64,000 nucleotides of DNA from an uncultured virus (IMG/VR IMGVR_UViG_3300023108_000018) (Duplodnaviria > Heunggongvirae > Uroviricota > Caudoviricetes): IMG/VR virus record IMGVR_UViG_3300023108_000018; one strand, given 5' to 3'. The notes beneath the pieces were generated by a model. It searched no databases. It was given only the letters and a program-made list of their open reading frames with translations, and was not told the DNA's origin. The position numbers were made by a program, and so were the translations under genes. This document shows positions 8,352 to 17,742 of this stretch, piece after piece (within the stretch, counting starts at the first letter, position 1; the number at the start of each line of letters is the position of its first letter).

Positions 8352-9801
8352 CTTTTAAATCGAACTCTTGTATTTCATACGGAAAATTTTCCTCGTTGTA
8401 TATATTTATTCGATCTTTAAGGTGGTTAAGTGTATAATTTTCGTTTTGTAGATCATCTGATATATCAAACAATCTCATTTTATCTTTACCTTCCGTTTTA
8501 CGCAATCCTCTACCAATAGACTGTAGGTTTCTGATACGTGACTTGGATGGTGATGCGAATACAATGTTGTCGATTCGTTTGATATTAACTCCTGTAGAGA
8601 AAGTTCCGTATGATGCTAGTATGACACTATTCTTAGACTTCTCAACAATCTCTCTAACCTTTTCTCTACTTTCAGTATCAGTTCCACCATACACATAGTG
8701 TAAGTCTTGTACTCTGCCATCTAACATGGGATATAAGACTTCACCATGTTTCTCTACATATTGAAACAACACTAGTGTGTTGCCCTTTAGGGATGCAACT
8801 AAATTAGTAATGAACTGATTACGTCCTTGATGACTTACGAGATAATCCATCTCTTCTTGATATGTCATCTTCTTCTGTTTAGTATGACGAAGTATGACAC
8901 AATCTATATTAATATTTGCAATCGTACCTTCTTCCATGAGTTGGTATGACGATATTACTTTTTTAACTGGCCCGAATAATCCTTCGAGTTGTAATCTATG
9001 AACTTCACTTCCATCAAGTGTACCTGTAGTACCTATACGGAAACCAGTGGAAGACATCTTCTCTAGTATACTCTTCAGTGTTTGTGCTTTGAATAAGTGT
9101 GCTTCGTCTCCGATGACTACATCGAATGACTGTAATGTTTCTTTAGGTGCTTTAGAAAAACTCTGCCATGTGGTAATGGTAATAGGTGCATCAAACACTT
9201 CTTGTCCATGATATATCTTACAGACCTTTTCTTTGTATCCATAGTCTTCGAAGTCTTTACTCATCTGTTCTACTAGAGACGTTGTAGGAACGATTATAAC
9301 GGTCTTACAGTTAGGTAAGGACATTTCCCCTTCAAACCACCTACACAACATATAAATGATTAGAGATTTACCACTTGCAGTTGGTGATAGTAGAAGTTGT
9401 CTACCATATTGCACTGCAGTTTTAAATGCATCTATTTGATAATCACGTGGTTCAAAGGGAAGACCCAAGCCTGGAATTAGGTCATCACCGTTAATAAAGA
9501 AATCAACATCCTCATCTGTAAGGAGTGTCTTTTCACCTATAACATCTTCAATACCACCAAACTCAAATCCACGTTCTCTACAGAACTCATCAACGTATGG
9601 TAATAGTCCGATATAAATCTTTTTAGTCTTCAGAGAGAAGAGTCTGACTTTACCGTCCCAAAATTTATTTCGATAGGAAGGCATGAACTTTGCATTAGGT
9701 ACAGTAAAGGAAAAGAAGTCATACAAATCACGTGCAAGTGAATCGTCGCAATTGACTTGCATGAAGACTTCATCAACTTTACGTACAGTAACTTTTTCCA
9801 T
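8344..9801 (-). CDS. uvsW: UvsW helicase
   Basis: PRDYQ, SPTASGKS, DEAH and QSIGRGLR SF2 motifs; WDGKVRLF. Confidence 0.96.
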   Translation of the reverse strand: MEKVTVRKVDEVFMQVNCDDSLARDLYDFFSFTVPNAKFMPSYRNKFWDGKVRLFSLKTKKIYIGLLPYVDEFCRERGFEFGGIEDVIGEKTLLTDEDVDFFINGDDLIPGLGLPFEPRDYQIDAFKTAVQYGRQLLLSPTASGKSLIIYMLCRWFEGEMSLPNCKTVIIVPTTSLVEQMSKDFEDYGYKEKVCKIYHGQEVFDAPITITTWQSFSKAPKETLQSFDVVIGDEAHLFKAQTLKSILEKMSSTGFRIGTTGTLDGSEVHRLQLEGLFGPVKKVISSYQLMEEGTIANINIDCVILRHTKQKKMTYQEEMDYLVSHQGRNQFITNLVASLKGNTLVLFQYVEKHGEVLYPMLDGRVQDLHYVYGGTDTESREKVREIVEKSKNSVILASYGTFSTGVNIKRIDNIVFASPSKSRIRNLQSIGRGLRKTEGKDKMRLFDISDDLQNENYTLNHLKDRINIYNEENFPYEIQEFDLKDG

Positions 9802-10481
9802 TAGATGTATGGTTTACCGACTAACCATCCTACTAGTGATATCCTTGTACCTCTTATAACTGGTGTTACTTGATGGTGTACAAAGGAAGGGAATACAATT
9901 AGACTACCTTTCTCTTGTGCAGAGAATGGAGCTCTTCTTTTTATATCTTCGATTCTAATGATATCTTCATTGTGTCTAAGATTATCAAAAGTGTGTTGTG
10001 GTTCTAACCACTCAAAATGACCACCCTCATATTCATCAGGATGGGATAATTGTAATGTGAAACTGAGTTTTCTTTGACTACCATTCTTATATGCATCTGA
10101 ACCTGCATCTGTATGCCATGTATAGAAGTCTCCTGTAACTGGTGCATCAGGTCTATGTTTATATACAGTGTATTGTAATGGTTCTAAGTAATCATATTCC
10201 CACGATGACCAATTGTTTCTTCGTGCAACTTCACCTACACCTTCGTGTATTTTTTCAAGTAGGTCTTTGGATAATGGTTGTCTTTCATCAAACCATTTAA
10301 CTTCAGATTGTCTTATTTCACTTCTTACATTGAAGTCCTCATCCAATTGATCAGGGTCACCTTCTGCAAAACCAACTCTACCCTTTTCCCATGGTAATGA
10401 ATCTGACTGTCTGTGTATCTCTTGAACTTCAGTATCAGAAAAAAACTCTGAAATATAACAACAATAACTTTCTAATAACAT
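9801..10481 (-). CDS. 2OG-Fe(II) oxygenase (PKHD-type)
   Basis: YTWHTD, RKLSFTLQL, FPSFVHHQVTPV..G.R.SLVGW. Confidence 0.9.
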   Translation of the reverse strand: MLLESYCCYISEFFSDTEVQEIHRQSDSLPWEKGRVGFAEGDPDQLDEDFNVRSEIRQSEVKWFDERQPLSKDLLEKIHEGVGEVARRNNWSSWEYDYLEPLQYTVYKHRPDAPVTGDFYTWHTDAGSDAYKNGSQRKLSFTLQLSHPDEYEGGHFEWLEPQHTFDNLRHNEDIIRIEDIKRRAPFSAQEKGSLIVFPSFVHHQVTPVIRGTRISLVGWLVGKPYI

Positions 10482-10924
10482 TACATACCACTCATAAATT
10501 TACGCCACTCAATAGTGTTCTTAATTGTTTGATGTCTCCATGTGATATTATCCATACATCTTTTTATGAAATCAATCTTCTCTTGGAGGTAATCCAGTTG
10601 TGTTCTTATCTTCATTATGTCAGGGTCTGCATCTAAAAAGATATTGATATCGTTCTTCATGATTTTAAGACCATCGAATGGGTCATCTGACCATCCTAGT
10701 TGTTTGATACGATCACCGTCCATTTTACCGTTAAACCACAGCCATTTGTCTTTTAAGAGCAGTTTATACTCCAACTGTTTACCTTTATAGGAAACAATGC
10801 TGTCAGTTAATAATTCGGAGTATTTAGCGTGTAGTTTGGGAACTTCTAATGATGATTTGTCGAGTTCAATATCATCAATCTCACAGTCTTTAGACCATTC
10901 TAATTTCAATTCATCTAATGTCAT
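10481..10924 (-). CDS. uvsY: recombination mediator UvsY
   Basis: PKLHAKY and IKNTIEWRKF motifs; synteny with uvsW. Confidence 0.9.
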   Translation of the reverse strand: MTLDELKLEWSKDCEIDDIELDKSSLEVPKLHAKYSELLTDSIVSYKGKQLEYKLLLKDKWLWFNGKMDGDRIKQLGWSDDPFDGLKIMKNDINIFLDADPDIMKIRTQLDYLQEKIDFIKRCMDNITWRHQTIKNTIEWRKFMSGM

Positions 10925-10974
10925 AATAATCCAATAGTAGTATTTTCTACTATTATACCATATTTATGGGGATT

Positions 10975-11517
10975 TTACGAGGTGTTTTTTATCTCGTAGT
11001 ATGAAAATCTAAATGATACGTTACAGGTTACTGCCTCTGACTCTGCCCCTGATTGCAATTCAATACCACTGATTGATATTGGGAATGCATCATGGAATCT
11101 AATAAATCTATTTGGAACGTTTTTGTTAGTGTTCATTACTAGTGTAATGTCTGAATACTGATTCATATCATTATCTACTGCACTGTAAGTACCTGAACCT
11201 GTTTTAACTGAATCTACATATGCCTCATACGATGAGGGGTCTGATACAGGAACAATCGCATCCATCCAATCAAAGATTTCTTTAAAGTTTTCTAAATCTT
11301 CATCCACCAAGAACGTACAGTCTAGTGTCTCAAATGACACTTTATCGCCTGGGAAGAATGCATCCAAACCAATTCCTGTTGCAGACGTTGTTTCAGTAAA
11401 TGATAAGCCTGGGATATTGCAAGACTGTATATAGTATTCCACTGTAGGAACTTTATCTATAAGAAGTCTAAAATTATTCTTATTCAGAATTGATTTGTTT
11501 ATTGTTGTTTCAGCCAT
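10975..11517 (-). CDS. gp3: tail completion / sheath stabilizer gp3
   Basis: NIPGLS, FLVDEDLENFKEIFDW, DAFPISISG; synteny. Confidence 0.85.
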   Translation of the reverse strand: MAETTINKSILNKNNFRLLIDKVPTVEYYIQSCNIPGLSFTETTSATGIGLDAFFPGDKVSFETLDCTFLVDEDLENFKEIFDWMDAIVPVSDPSSYEAYVDSVKTGSGTYSAVDNDMNQYSDITLVMNTNKNVPNRFIRFHDAFPISISGIELQSGAESEAVTCNVSFRFSYYEIKNTS

Positions 11518-11728
11518 TTAGTTTGATAATCCTTTTAGACGTTTTAGTGTCATAGTAATCTCCGTTACGATACTCTCTCTGAACTGTCTCTTCGCAAAGA
11601 TATCCATCTCTAACGTATCGTGTAGCGATAGTCCTACTAATTACATCTGTCGTTTCGACTCCATCAGGGAATGCACTTTTTTCCCATGGGCCTTCTAACA
11701 CTTTCACTGTTTTTGCATATTCACTCAT
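11510..11728 (-). CDS. hypothetical protein
   Basis: 72-aa ORF coupled to gp3. Confidence 0.6.
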   Translation of the reverse strand: MSEYAKTVKVLEGPWEKSAFPDGVETTDVISRTIATRYVRDGYLCEETVQREYRNGDYYDTKTSKRIIKLNG

Positions 11729-11766
11729 ATTGTATACCTATAAAAATTGTTACTTTATATTTAGGT

Positions 11767-11796
11767 AAAAAAAAGGGTCTCAAAGAGACCCTTTTT
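11767..11796 (-). terminator. intrinsic terminator after gp23
   Basis: GGGTCTC-aaa-GAGACCC stem flanked by A/T tracts. Confidence 0.85.
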
Positions 11797-11815
11797 AAAG
11801 TTCTTAAACTTTGGT

Positions 11816-13120
11816 TTACAGAATGTTTGAAACTGCGAACTTTCTGTAGTAGAAGTTTGAACCATCAGATGCAAGACCATTTGCAGGTGTTGAACCTACG
11901 AATGGGTTAGATACCATTCCGTATCTTGTTTTGAATCCGATTTTTGGTTGGAATGTATTCTCACCAACGGCACGAACCATTTGTAATGGAACGTATGGGC
12001 AATAGAATAGACCAGCATCGTAAGGGTTAGACCCTCTGTAACCAACTGTTAAGTAGTCAACACCAGCATAAGGGTCGATGTAGACTTTAACTCTACCGTT
12101 AAGAACACCAGCAAAAGTATTACCAGTGTCATCAACGTTTAAGTTAGTTGACAATGCAGGAGCGTAATCTAATACACCTGCCATTGAAAGAGCAGACGCT
12201 ACGTCTGAAGAACAAAGGATAAAGTTACCTTTACCTCTTCTTGATTCTTTAGCGATCACGTTTGATTCTCTTTCGATTTGGAATAACAATCCTTTGAACT
12301 TCTCTACTGACCATCTACCGTTTGCATCTACGTCAAGGTTGAAAGTACCTGCAGATGCTGTTAAAGCAGCACCTGTTTTAGCTTGAAGATTAACTTCTCT
12401 AACAACTTCTCTGTTGATTTCTGCAAGGATTTCTGATGATAGAATGTTTGCAAGTTCTGATTCTGCGTCAAGACCGTGGATTGCTTTTAAGTCTTGTGCA
12501 AGTTCGAGTGTGTACTCGGCTTTTAATGCTCTGGATTTTGCAGTAACAGTTGCCTTTTCAATTGTGAAAGACATTTCGTTAAATGCGTTAGATGATGAAT
12601 CACCTAAAGCTTCTGCAGTTGCAGTTGACATTCCGCCTACTGTATCAGTTGCATATCCACCTGCGAATGGGTCGCCTGATGGGTCAGCGTCAACACCTGC
12701 TGAACTGTTAGGGCCGTTTGTAGCGGAGTTTCCAGTTCTAGGTTCGTTGATACCTAATGCTTCTGATTGTGCTTCTCTAGCACCTGAAGGATAGTCATTA
12801 TATCTAGCCTTCATTGCGAAAATTAACCCTGTTGGGCCTGTCATTGGTTGAACACCACAAATGTCGTAAGCAACGAGATTTGGCATAGCTCTACGTACTA
12901 ATGAGATCAAAATTGGATCCCAGTTAGAAATTGCAGAACTACCAGTAGCATTTAAAGGTGCAGCTTCTTCAAGAGTAACTCTGTCTTCGTTAAGAGCTTT
13001 CTCTTGGTTTTCAAGAATAACTGCAGTAACAGCACGCTTGTAGTTATCTTCGATCTTAGGAAGATCGGAGTGTTCTAGAATCGGTTGCCACTTTTCTTGT
13101 AAGTTTTCTGATAAAAACAT
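11816..13120 (-). CDS. gp23: major capsid protein gp23
   Basis: GVQPMTGPTGLIFAM, KSRALKAEYT, FQPKIGFKTRYG. Confidence 0.98.
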   Translation of the reverse strand: MFLSENLQEKWQPILEHSDLPKIEDNYKRAVTAVILENQEKALNEDRVTLEEAAPLNATGSSAISNWDPILISLVRRAMPNLVAYDICGVQPMTGPTGLIFAMKARYNDYPSGAREAQSEALGINEPRTGNSATNGPNSSAGVDADPSGDPFAGGYATDTVGGMSTATAEALGDSSSNAFNEMSFTIEKATVTAKSRALKAEYTLELAQDLKAIHGLDAESELANILSSEILAEINREVVREVNLQAKTGAALTASAGTFNLDVDANGRWSVEKFKGLLFQIERESNVIAKESRRGKGNFILCSSDVASALSMAGVLDYAPALSTNLNVDDTGNTFAGVLNGRVKVYIDPYAGVDYLTVGYRGSNPYDAGLFYCPYVPLQMVRAVGENTFQPKIGFKTRYGMVSNPFVGSTPANGLASDGSNFYYRKFAVSNIL

Positions 13121-13140
13121 TTTAAGTTTTCCCCTTTAAA

Positions 13141-14499
13141 TTAACCTAATGGTTTTAGTTTTGATAATGCAGAAGTATACTTAGACATTGTTGGGTCAAG
13201 AACTGGTTCTTTATCTTCTGATAATTCACCTGTTCCTTCTTCAACAACAGTTTCTTCTGCAATTGTCTCACCTTCAACTGGGAAGTATGCTTCTTTCAAC
13301 TCTGAAACTTTCTCTTGGAAATCTTCAATGTCTTGGAAGTCTACACCATTTGATAGTGAAACCATCTTCTCTGTTTGTGATTCAGTTAAGTCTTTGCAGG
13401 CTTCTCTGATCACGTTACTTCTCTTGAGTGAATCTAACTCTTCAGTGACTTCCATATTCTTGGACACTTCACTGTCAAGTTTAGCTTCCATCTCGTCGAG
13501 ACGATTTGCGAGTTCATCAATAACGTCATACTTGTCTTCAGGTACATCAACGTAGTGCTCTACGAATAATGTTTTAAGACCTTCGATAAAGTTTTCGGTC
13601 ATTTCTGATCTCAAACCTCTTTCGATTGCAAGTTCGTTTTCTTTCGTCCACTCTTCTGCACAATAAGTCATGTACTTGTCCACCGCTTCTGCGAGGTCTG
13701 ACTTGACTTCTTCTGTCGAGGTTTTTAATTGTTCTTTGAATTGTTCTTCAAGTTCTGTCTTGATTTCAGATACTTTAGAAGACACTGCAGCTTTGAAGAT
13801 TGTTTTAGCCTTTTCAGTATTTTCTTCTGATAAGTCTAATGCTTCAGAGATAGCTGATAGGTCGTCATCTATTTCCATCTCAACCAACTCAGATTCGAGT
13901 TCAGCAGATGTTTCTTCATCTACTTTTTCTTCCTCGTCATCTTCGTCTTCGACTTCGTCTTCATCTGATTCCATTTCAGACATAACTTTTTTAACATCCT
14001 CATCGTCTTTCTTTTTCATAAGTTCAACGATGCTTCGAGCGATTTCTGCCTTTGTTAAGGACTCGTCAACTTCCTCTTCGTCATCTTTGACTTTAGAGTA
14101 CATTGCCTGAAGTTTTTCTTTATCCATACCCTTCATTGCGTTGACCATTGCCTTAATTGTTTCCATCTTAGATGGTGAGTCCTTCTCAGAATCTTCGCCC
14201 TCTGAAACTTTTTTCAATTTAGGTTGTGCATCAGGTTTACCCTCACCTTTTTGTTGAGCGTCACCACTTACTTCTTTAGTTTTTTCAGCGGACTTCACAG
14301 ATGCAACTGCTTTGTCAACAGGATTTTCTTCAGGTTTGACGACTTCACCTTTACCACTTTCAATTGAAGCGGCGTCAGATGAACCTTGTTTTACAGGCGC
14401 TTTGTCACCCTTTTCTGCCTTTGAATCAGGTTGTTGACCTTCTTCAATAGCCTCAACAGTTTCTTCAACTGTTTCTAGGTTTTTATCTAACTCTGCCAT
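13141..14499 (-). CDS. gp22: prohead core scaffold gp22
   Basis: acidic coiled coil, KAKTIFKAAV, EEWTKENELAIERG; lies between gp21 and gp23. Confidence 0.9.
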   Translation of the reverse strand: MAELDKNLETVEETVEAIEEGQQPDSKAEKGDKAPVKQGSSDAASIESGKGEVVKPEENPVDKAVASVKSAEKTKEVSGDAQQKGEGKPDAQPKLKKVSEGEDSEKDSPSKMETIKAMVNAMKGMDKEKLQAMYSKVKDDEEEVDESLTKAEIARSIVELMKKKDDEDVKKVMSEMESDEDEVEDEDDEEEKVDEETSAELESELVEMEIDDDLSAISEALDLSEENTEKAKTIFKAAVSSKVSEIKTELEEQFKEQLKTSTEEVKSDLAEAVDKYMTYCAEEWTKENELAIERGLRSEMTENFIEGLKTLFVEHYVDVPEDKYDVIDELANRLDEMEAKLDSEVSKNMEVTEELDSLKRSNVIREACKDLTESQTEKMVSLSNGVDFQDIEDFQEKVSELKEAYFPVEGETIAEETVVEEGTGELSEDKEPVLDPTMSKYTSALSKLKPLG

Positions 14500-14529
14500 T
14501 TGTTTCTCCTGTTTGAGTTTTTCCTTTTT

Positions 14530-14537
14530 TATTTATA
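14530..14537 (-). promoter_or_regulatory. T4-type late promoter
   Basis: TATAAATA upstream of gp22. Confidence 0.75.
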
Positions 14538-14539
14538 TG

Positions 14540-15193
14540 TTAAAGGTTTTTAACAAACCTTTTCCATGCATTTAATTTAACTTCTTCCAACTTATTGAGC
14601 TTAGCAGACCTGAATTCATCTCTAATTGACTCAATTTCAACTGCTTTGAGGATACCACCTTCCATAACCCATTCTACACCTTCCATAATACCTTCTACGA
14701 AGGCCTCAGGAGCAGAAGGGTCTGCGACGATATCACCTGCAGTTGCAAGTTGGAAATCACTTTTAACGTATTGTGCGTTTCCCTTTTGTTCTAGTGAACC
14801 TAGACCTCTAGAAGAAACACCCAACTTTGCACCATCATCGATAAGATTTTTAACAATATTACCATTTGGTGTACTTAAAATCTTTGCACGTCCCACATAG
14901 TTATCACCATCTTCTTCTAATTTAGTGATCATGTGCGACACTTTGTCAAGATTAATCGTAGGGCCGTCAGGATGTCCCAACTCACCGAATGCACGATCTT
15001 TCTCAACGAATTCTTTTACATAACGTTTTACCTCTTTCTGCATTACTTCTTTAGGGTAAACACGTCCATTTCTGTTCTTAATTTCTGACTGCATGAAGAC
15101 ACCTTCGATGAAGTAATCTTTCTTACCATCTTCGTTTTGTTCGATGATTACAGGTTGTACACCGTAATCATTAAATTCTGATATTAATTTCAT
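14540..15193 (-). CDS. gp21: prohead protease gp21
   Basis: NRNGRVYP, GELGHP, GVSSRGLGS, DIVADPSAP. Confidence 0.97.
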   Translation of the reverse strand: MKLISEFNDYGVQPVIIEQNEDGKKDYFIEGVFMQSEIKNRNGRVYPKEVMQKEVKRYVKEFVEKDRAFGELGHPDGPTINLDKVSHMITKLEEDGDNYVGRAKILSTPNGNIVKNLIDDGAKLGVSSRGLGSLEQKGNAQYVKSDFQLATAGDIVADPSAPEAFVEGIMEGVEWVMEGGILKAVEIESIRDEFRSAKLNKLEEVKLNAWKRFVKNL

Positions 15194-15479
15194 CTAGTAA
15201 ATCTCCAGTTTTAATTCCGTCATACGACATTTGTAACATGATTTTTTTCATGTCTTTTGTTTCTTTTTCTGCCGTTTTCATGTCTTTATAAGGGTTACCT
15301 CCAGTGAAATCATCACCGTTCAGGTAGACATGTATCTTACCCTTTTTGTCTTGGGTATAGACTATCTCTATCTTCTTCCCACCGACTTTTTCTATATCTC
15401 TCTTAACCTCTTTTTCACCTCTAGGTGCCTTGAACTTTGCTTCGTTCAATTCTTTAGATATAGATGCGAAAGTTTTCAT
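15171..15479 (-). CDS. small basic head-module protein (gp68 position)
   Basis: 102-aa Lys-rich ORF between portal and protease. Confidence 0.6.
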   Translation of the reverse strand: MKTFASISKELNEAKFKAPRGEKEVKRDIEKVGGKKIEIVYTQDKKGKIHVYLNGDDFTGGNPYKDMKTAEKETKDMKKIMLQMSYDGIKTGDLLDEINIRI

Positions 15480-15655
15480 TCGGAATCGTCACCTTCAGTT
15501 GTTGGATTGTCCATCCAGTCTACTTGTTTCTCAACTCGTTTCATGTCAACAGCGTCAGCAGCCTTCTGTTTGATACCATCAAAGGCAGCTTCTTTTGCAT
15601 CGTTCCATTGACCTTTTTCGATATGGTCTACAACTTTTCTTGCATTATCACTCAT
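15476..15655 (-). CDS. small prohead core protein (gp67 position; 59 aa; not in ORF track)
   Basis: MSDNARKVVDHIEKG...DDSE; ATGA coupling to the next gene; directly follows gp20. Confidence 0.7.
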   Translation of the reverse strand: MSDNARKVVDHIEKGQWNDAKEAAFDGIKQKAADAVDMKRVEKQVDWMDNPTTEGDDSE

Positions 15656-15658
15656 TTA

Positions 15659-17188
15659 TTAAAATCCTCCGAAATCATCGTCGTCTTCGTCACCACCCTC
15701 TGCCTTTTCGGTCTCGATTTGTTTGTCGAGGACTGCGATTTCGTCTTCTGTTTGTCTGAGAATATACTTACGTATATACTCATGACTATAATATTTACCA
15801 ACGTATTCTTGAGCCTGACTCAACGTATCAAGTCTTTCTCTTATGATTTCTGCATCCTTCAACTCTGTAAAGTGGTTGTCAGTTGCGAAATCAAACTGCA
15901 TGAAGTCTTTGATACCATCAAACTCTTCTGCAGAGACTACATCCTTCAATACAAGTTGTGTTCTTAATACATCTATGAACACTCTTGCAAATTTCTTTTG
16001 AAGTCTATTAGTAAACTTATTAAACTTCAATTCGTCTCTAGAAATCTCAGATGCACGACCCATGTTAAAACCATTGTCTGCTTCTAATCTAGTTCTAGGG
16101 ACATTCAGTGATTGATATAGTTTCTTCTTGAAGTATTCTATATCTTCAATCTCTGATAAATTCTGTCCGCCTGGAAGTGTACTTATCTCTGTACCTCTTC
16201 CACCTTCTCTACGTGGTAACCAAAAATCCTCTAACATCGACATGTGTTTGCGATCATCCTTGATCTCACCAGTATCTGCATTATAAACAAGTTTGTTTCT
16301 GTACTTGTTCATAACATCGGCAAGATACTGTTCTGCCTTTGCCTTTGGAAGGTTACCTACATCAATGTAGAAAATCCTTCTTTCAGGTGCTCTTGATATT
16401 CTATAGATAACAAGTGCATCCTCCATCATTGATAACTGATTTGCAGTCTTCAATGCTTTGTGAAGGTATCCGATTACAACATTCTTAGTGTAATCTAAAA
16501 GACCTGAGGTTGTATATGTAACTGCCTCAGGTGCAATTTTTAAGGTAGCACCTTCTGTACCACCTGTCTTATCAAAACCTTTATCATTAAAAACGTAGAA
16601 CTCTTCTACCTTCTTAATCTTTTCAATACCCTTTCTATCTTTTTCTTTCTCTACGTTACGTACCTTTTTAATTTTTAAAGGGTCAATGATACGTAAATCT
16701 ACAATACCAGCCTTTTGACGATTAGAATTCACTACCTTATGCAGATAAATTCTACCGTCAACGTACCACTTTCTGAAAATTTCATGAGAGTTCTGATTGA
16801 ACTTCATTAAAGATAGGATGTATGCAAACTCGTCTTGTATCTTAGTCTTGATACTATCAGAGAGTTTAACATCTCTGAGATCGAGTGAAACAATCCTATC
16901 TGCCGAATCAGATGTGATACACTCATTTATAATGTCTTCGATTGCAGAATCACACTCAGGTATTAACGACACTTCACGATATCTTCGAATGAGTTCTGCC
17001 TCATTCTTGATACCACCTTCCATGTCGACATACGAACCATACGCACCACCAGTGATAAATCCGCCTGGCTGTGACTGTATGACTGGTGTTCCGTCATCGT
17101 CTACAGGTGGAACAAACGAAGGCCCTTTGACCTCCGTTGCCCTTAACTCGTCTTTTTTACGAGTTATTTCAAACCCAAATAATTCCAT
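15659..17188 (-). CDS. gp20: portal vertex protein gp20
   Basis: WYVDGR, YRISRAPERRIFYIDVGNLPK, EDFWLPRREGGRGTEI. Confidence 0.98.
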   Translation of the reverse strand: MELFGFEITRKKDELRATEVKGPSFVPPVDDDGTPVIQSQPGGFITGGAYGSYVDMEGGIKNEAELIRRYREVSLIPECDSAIEDIINECITSDSADRIVSLDLRDVKLSDSIKTKIQDEFAYILSLMKFNQNSHEIFRKWYVDGRIYLHKVVNSNRQKAGIVDLRIIDPLKIKKVRNVEKEKDRKGIEKIKKVEEFYVFNDKGFDKTGGTEGATLKIAPEAVTYTTSGLLDYTKNVVIGYLHKALKTANQLSMMEDALVIYRISRAPERRIFYIDVGNLPKAKAEQYLADVMNKYRNKLVYNADTGEIKDDRKHMSMLEDFWLPRREGGRGTEISTLPGGQNLSEIEDIEYFKKKLYQSLNVPRTRLEADNGFNMGRASEISRDELKFNKFTNRLQKKFARVFIDVLRTQLVLKDVVSAEEFDGIKDFMQFDFATDNHFTELKDAEIIRERLDTLSQAQEYVGKYYSHEYIRKYILRQTEDEIAVLDKQIETEKAEGGDEDDDDFGGF

Positions 17189-17193
17189 ACTGA

Positions 17194-17201
17194 TATTTAT
17201 A
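17194..17201 (-). promoter_or_regulatory. T4-type late promoter
   Basis: TATAAATA 5 nt before the gp20 ATG. Confidence 0.75.
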
Positions 17202-17231
17202 ACACCCTAAAAAGGGTATTCTTCACTGTTT

Positions 17232-17729
17232 TTAGACTACTCTGTCCCAGTGAGAGAATTCAAAATCAACTGTGAACTCTTCTAATGCATCGACTGATTC
17301 GTATGAAAGTTCGATTGCACCAATGTTAGAAGGGAACATGTTAAAGAATTCGTATCTCGCCAGTACTGAGTCGTCTTTATTAAGTTGTTCTACAAATGCA
17401 CGTGATAATAAGTAATCTGTGTCAGTTGCACCTTCACCACTATCTAATGCTTGAATCTCTTGTTGCCAACCTTCTAAGGCTGTTCTTGCAGAGAATTCTA
17501 CATCATTAATGATAGTAACACTCCATGGTTCGAAGGTTCTGTCCCCTGCGAGTTTAAGAATGTGACCTCTAAAGTTTACAGGTACCACTCCAACTGTTGC
17601 AGGTGGAATTTGTGCAGCTTTACACAGGAATTCGATCTTATTACCAGCACGTGGTAAGAACACTCTAAATCGGTTAGCACGTGGGCCTCCACCGATCAAT
17701 TGTGCTTTAAATTGGTCTATTGTTGCCAT
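17232..17729 (-). CDS. gp19: tail tube protein gp19
   Basis: GGPRANRF, LAGDRTFEPWSVTIIND, EEFTVDF. Confidence 0.95.
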   Translation of the reverse strand: MATIDQFKAQLIGGGPRANRFRVFLPRAGNKIEFLCKAAQIPPATVGVVPVNFRGHILKLAGDRTFEPWSVTIINDVEFSARTALEGWQQEIQALDSGEGATDTDYLLSRAFVEQLNKDDSVLARYEFFNMFPSNIGAIELSYESVDALEEFTVDFEFSHWDRVV

Positions 17730-17742
17730 TTATCTAATCTCC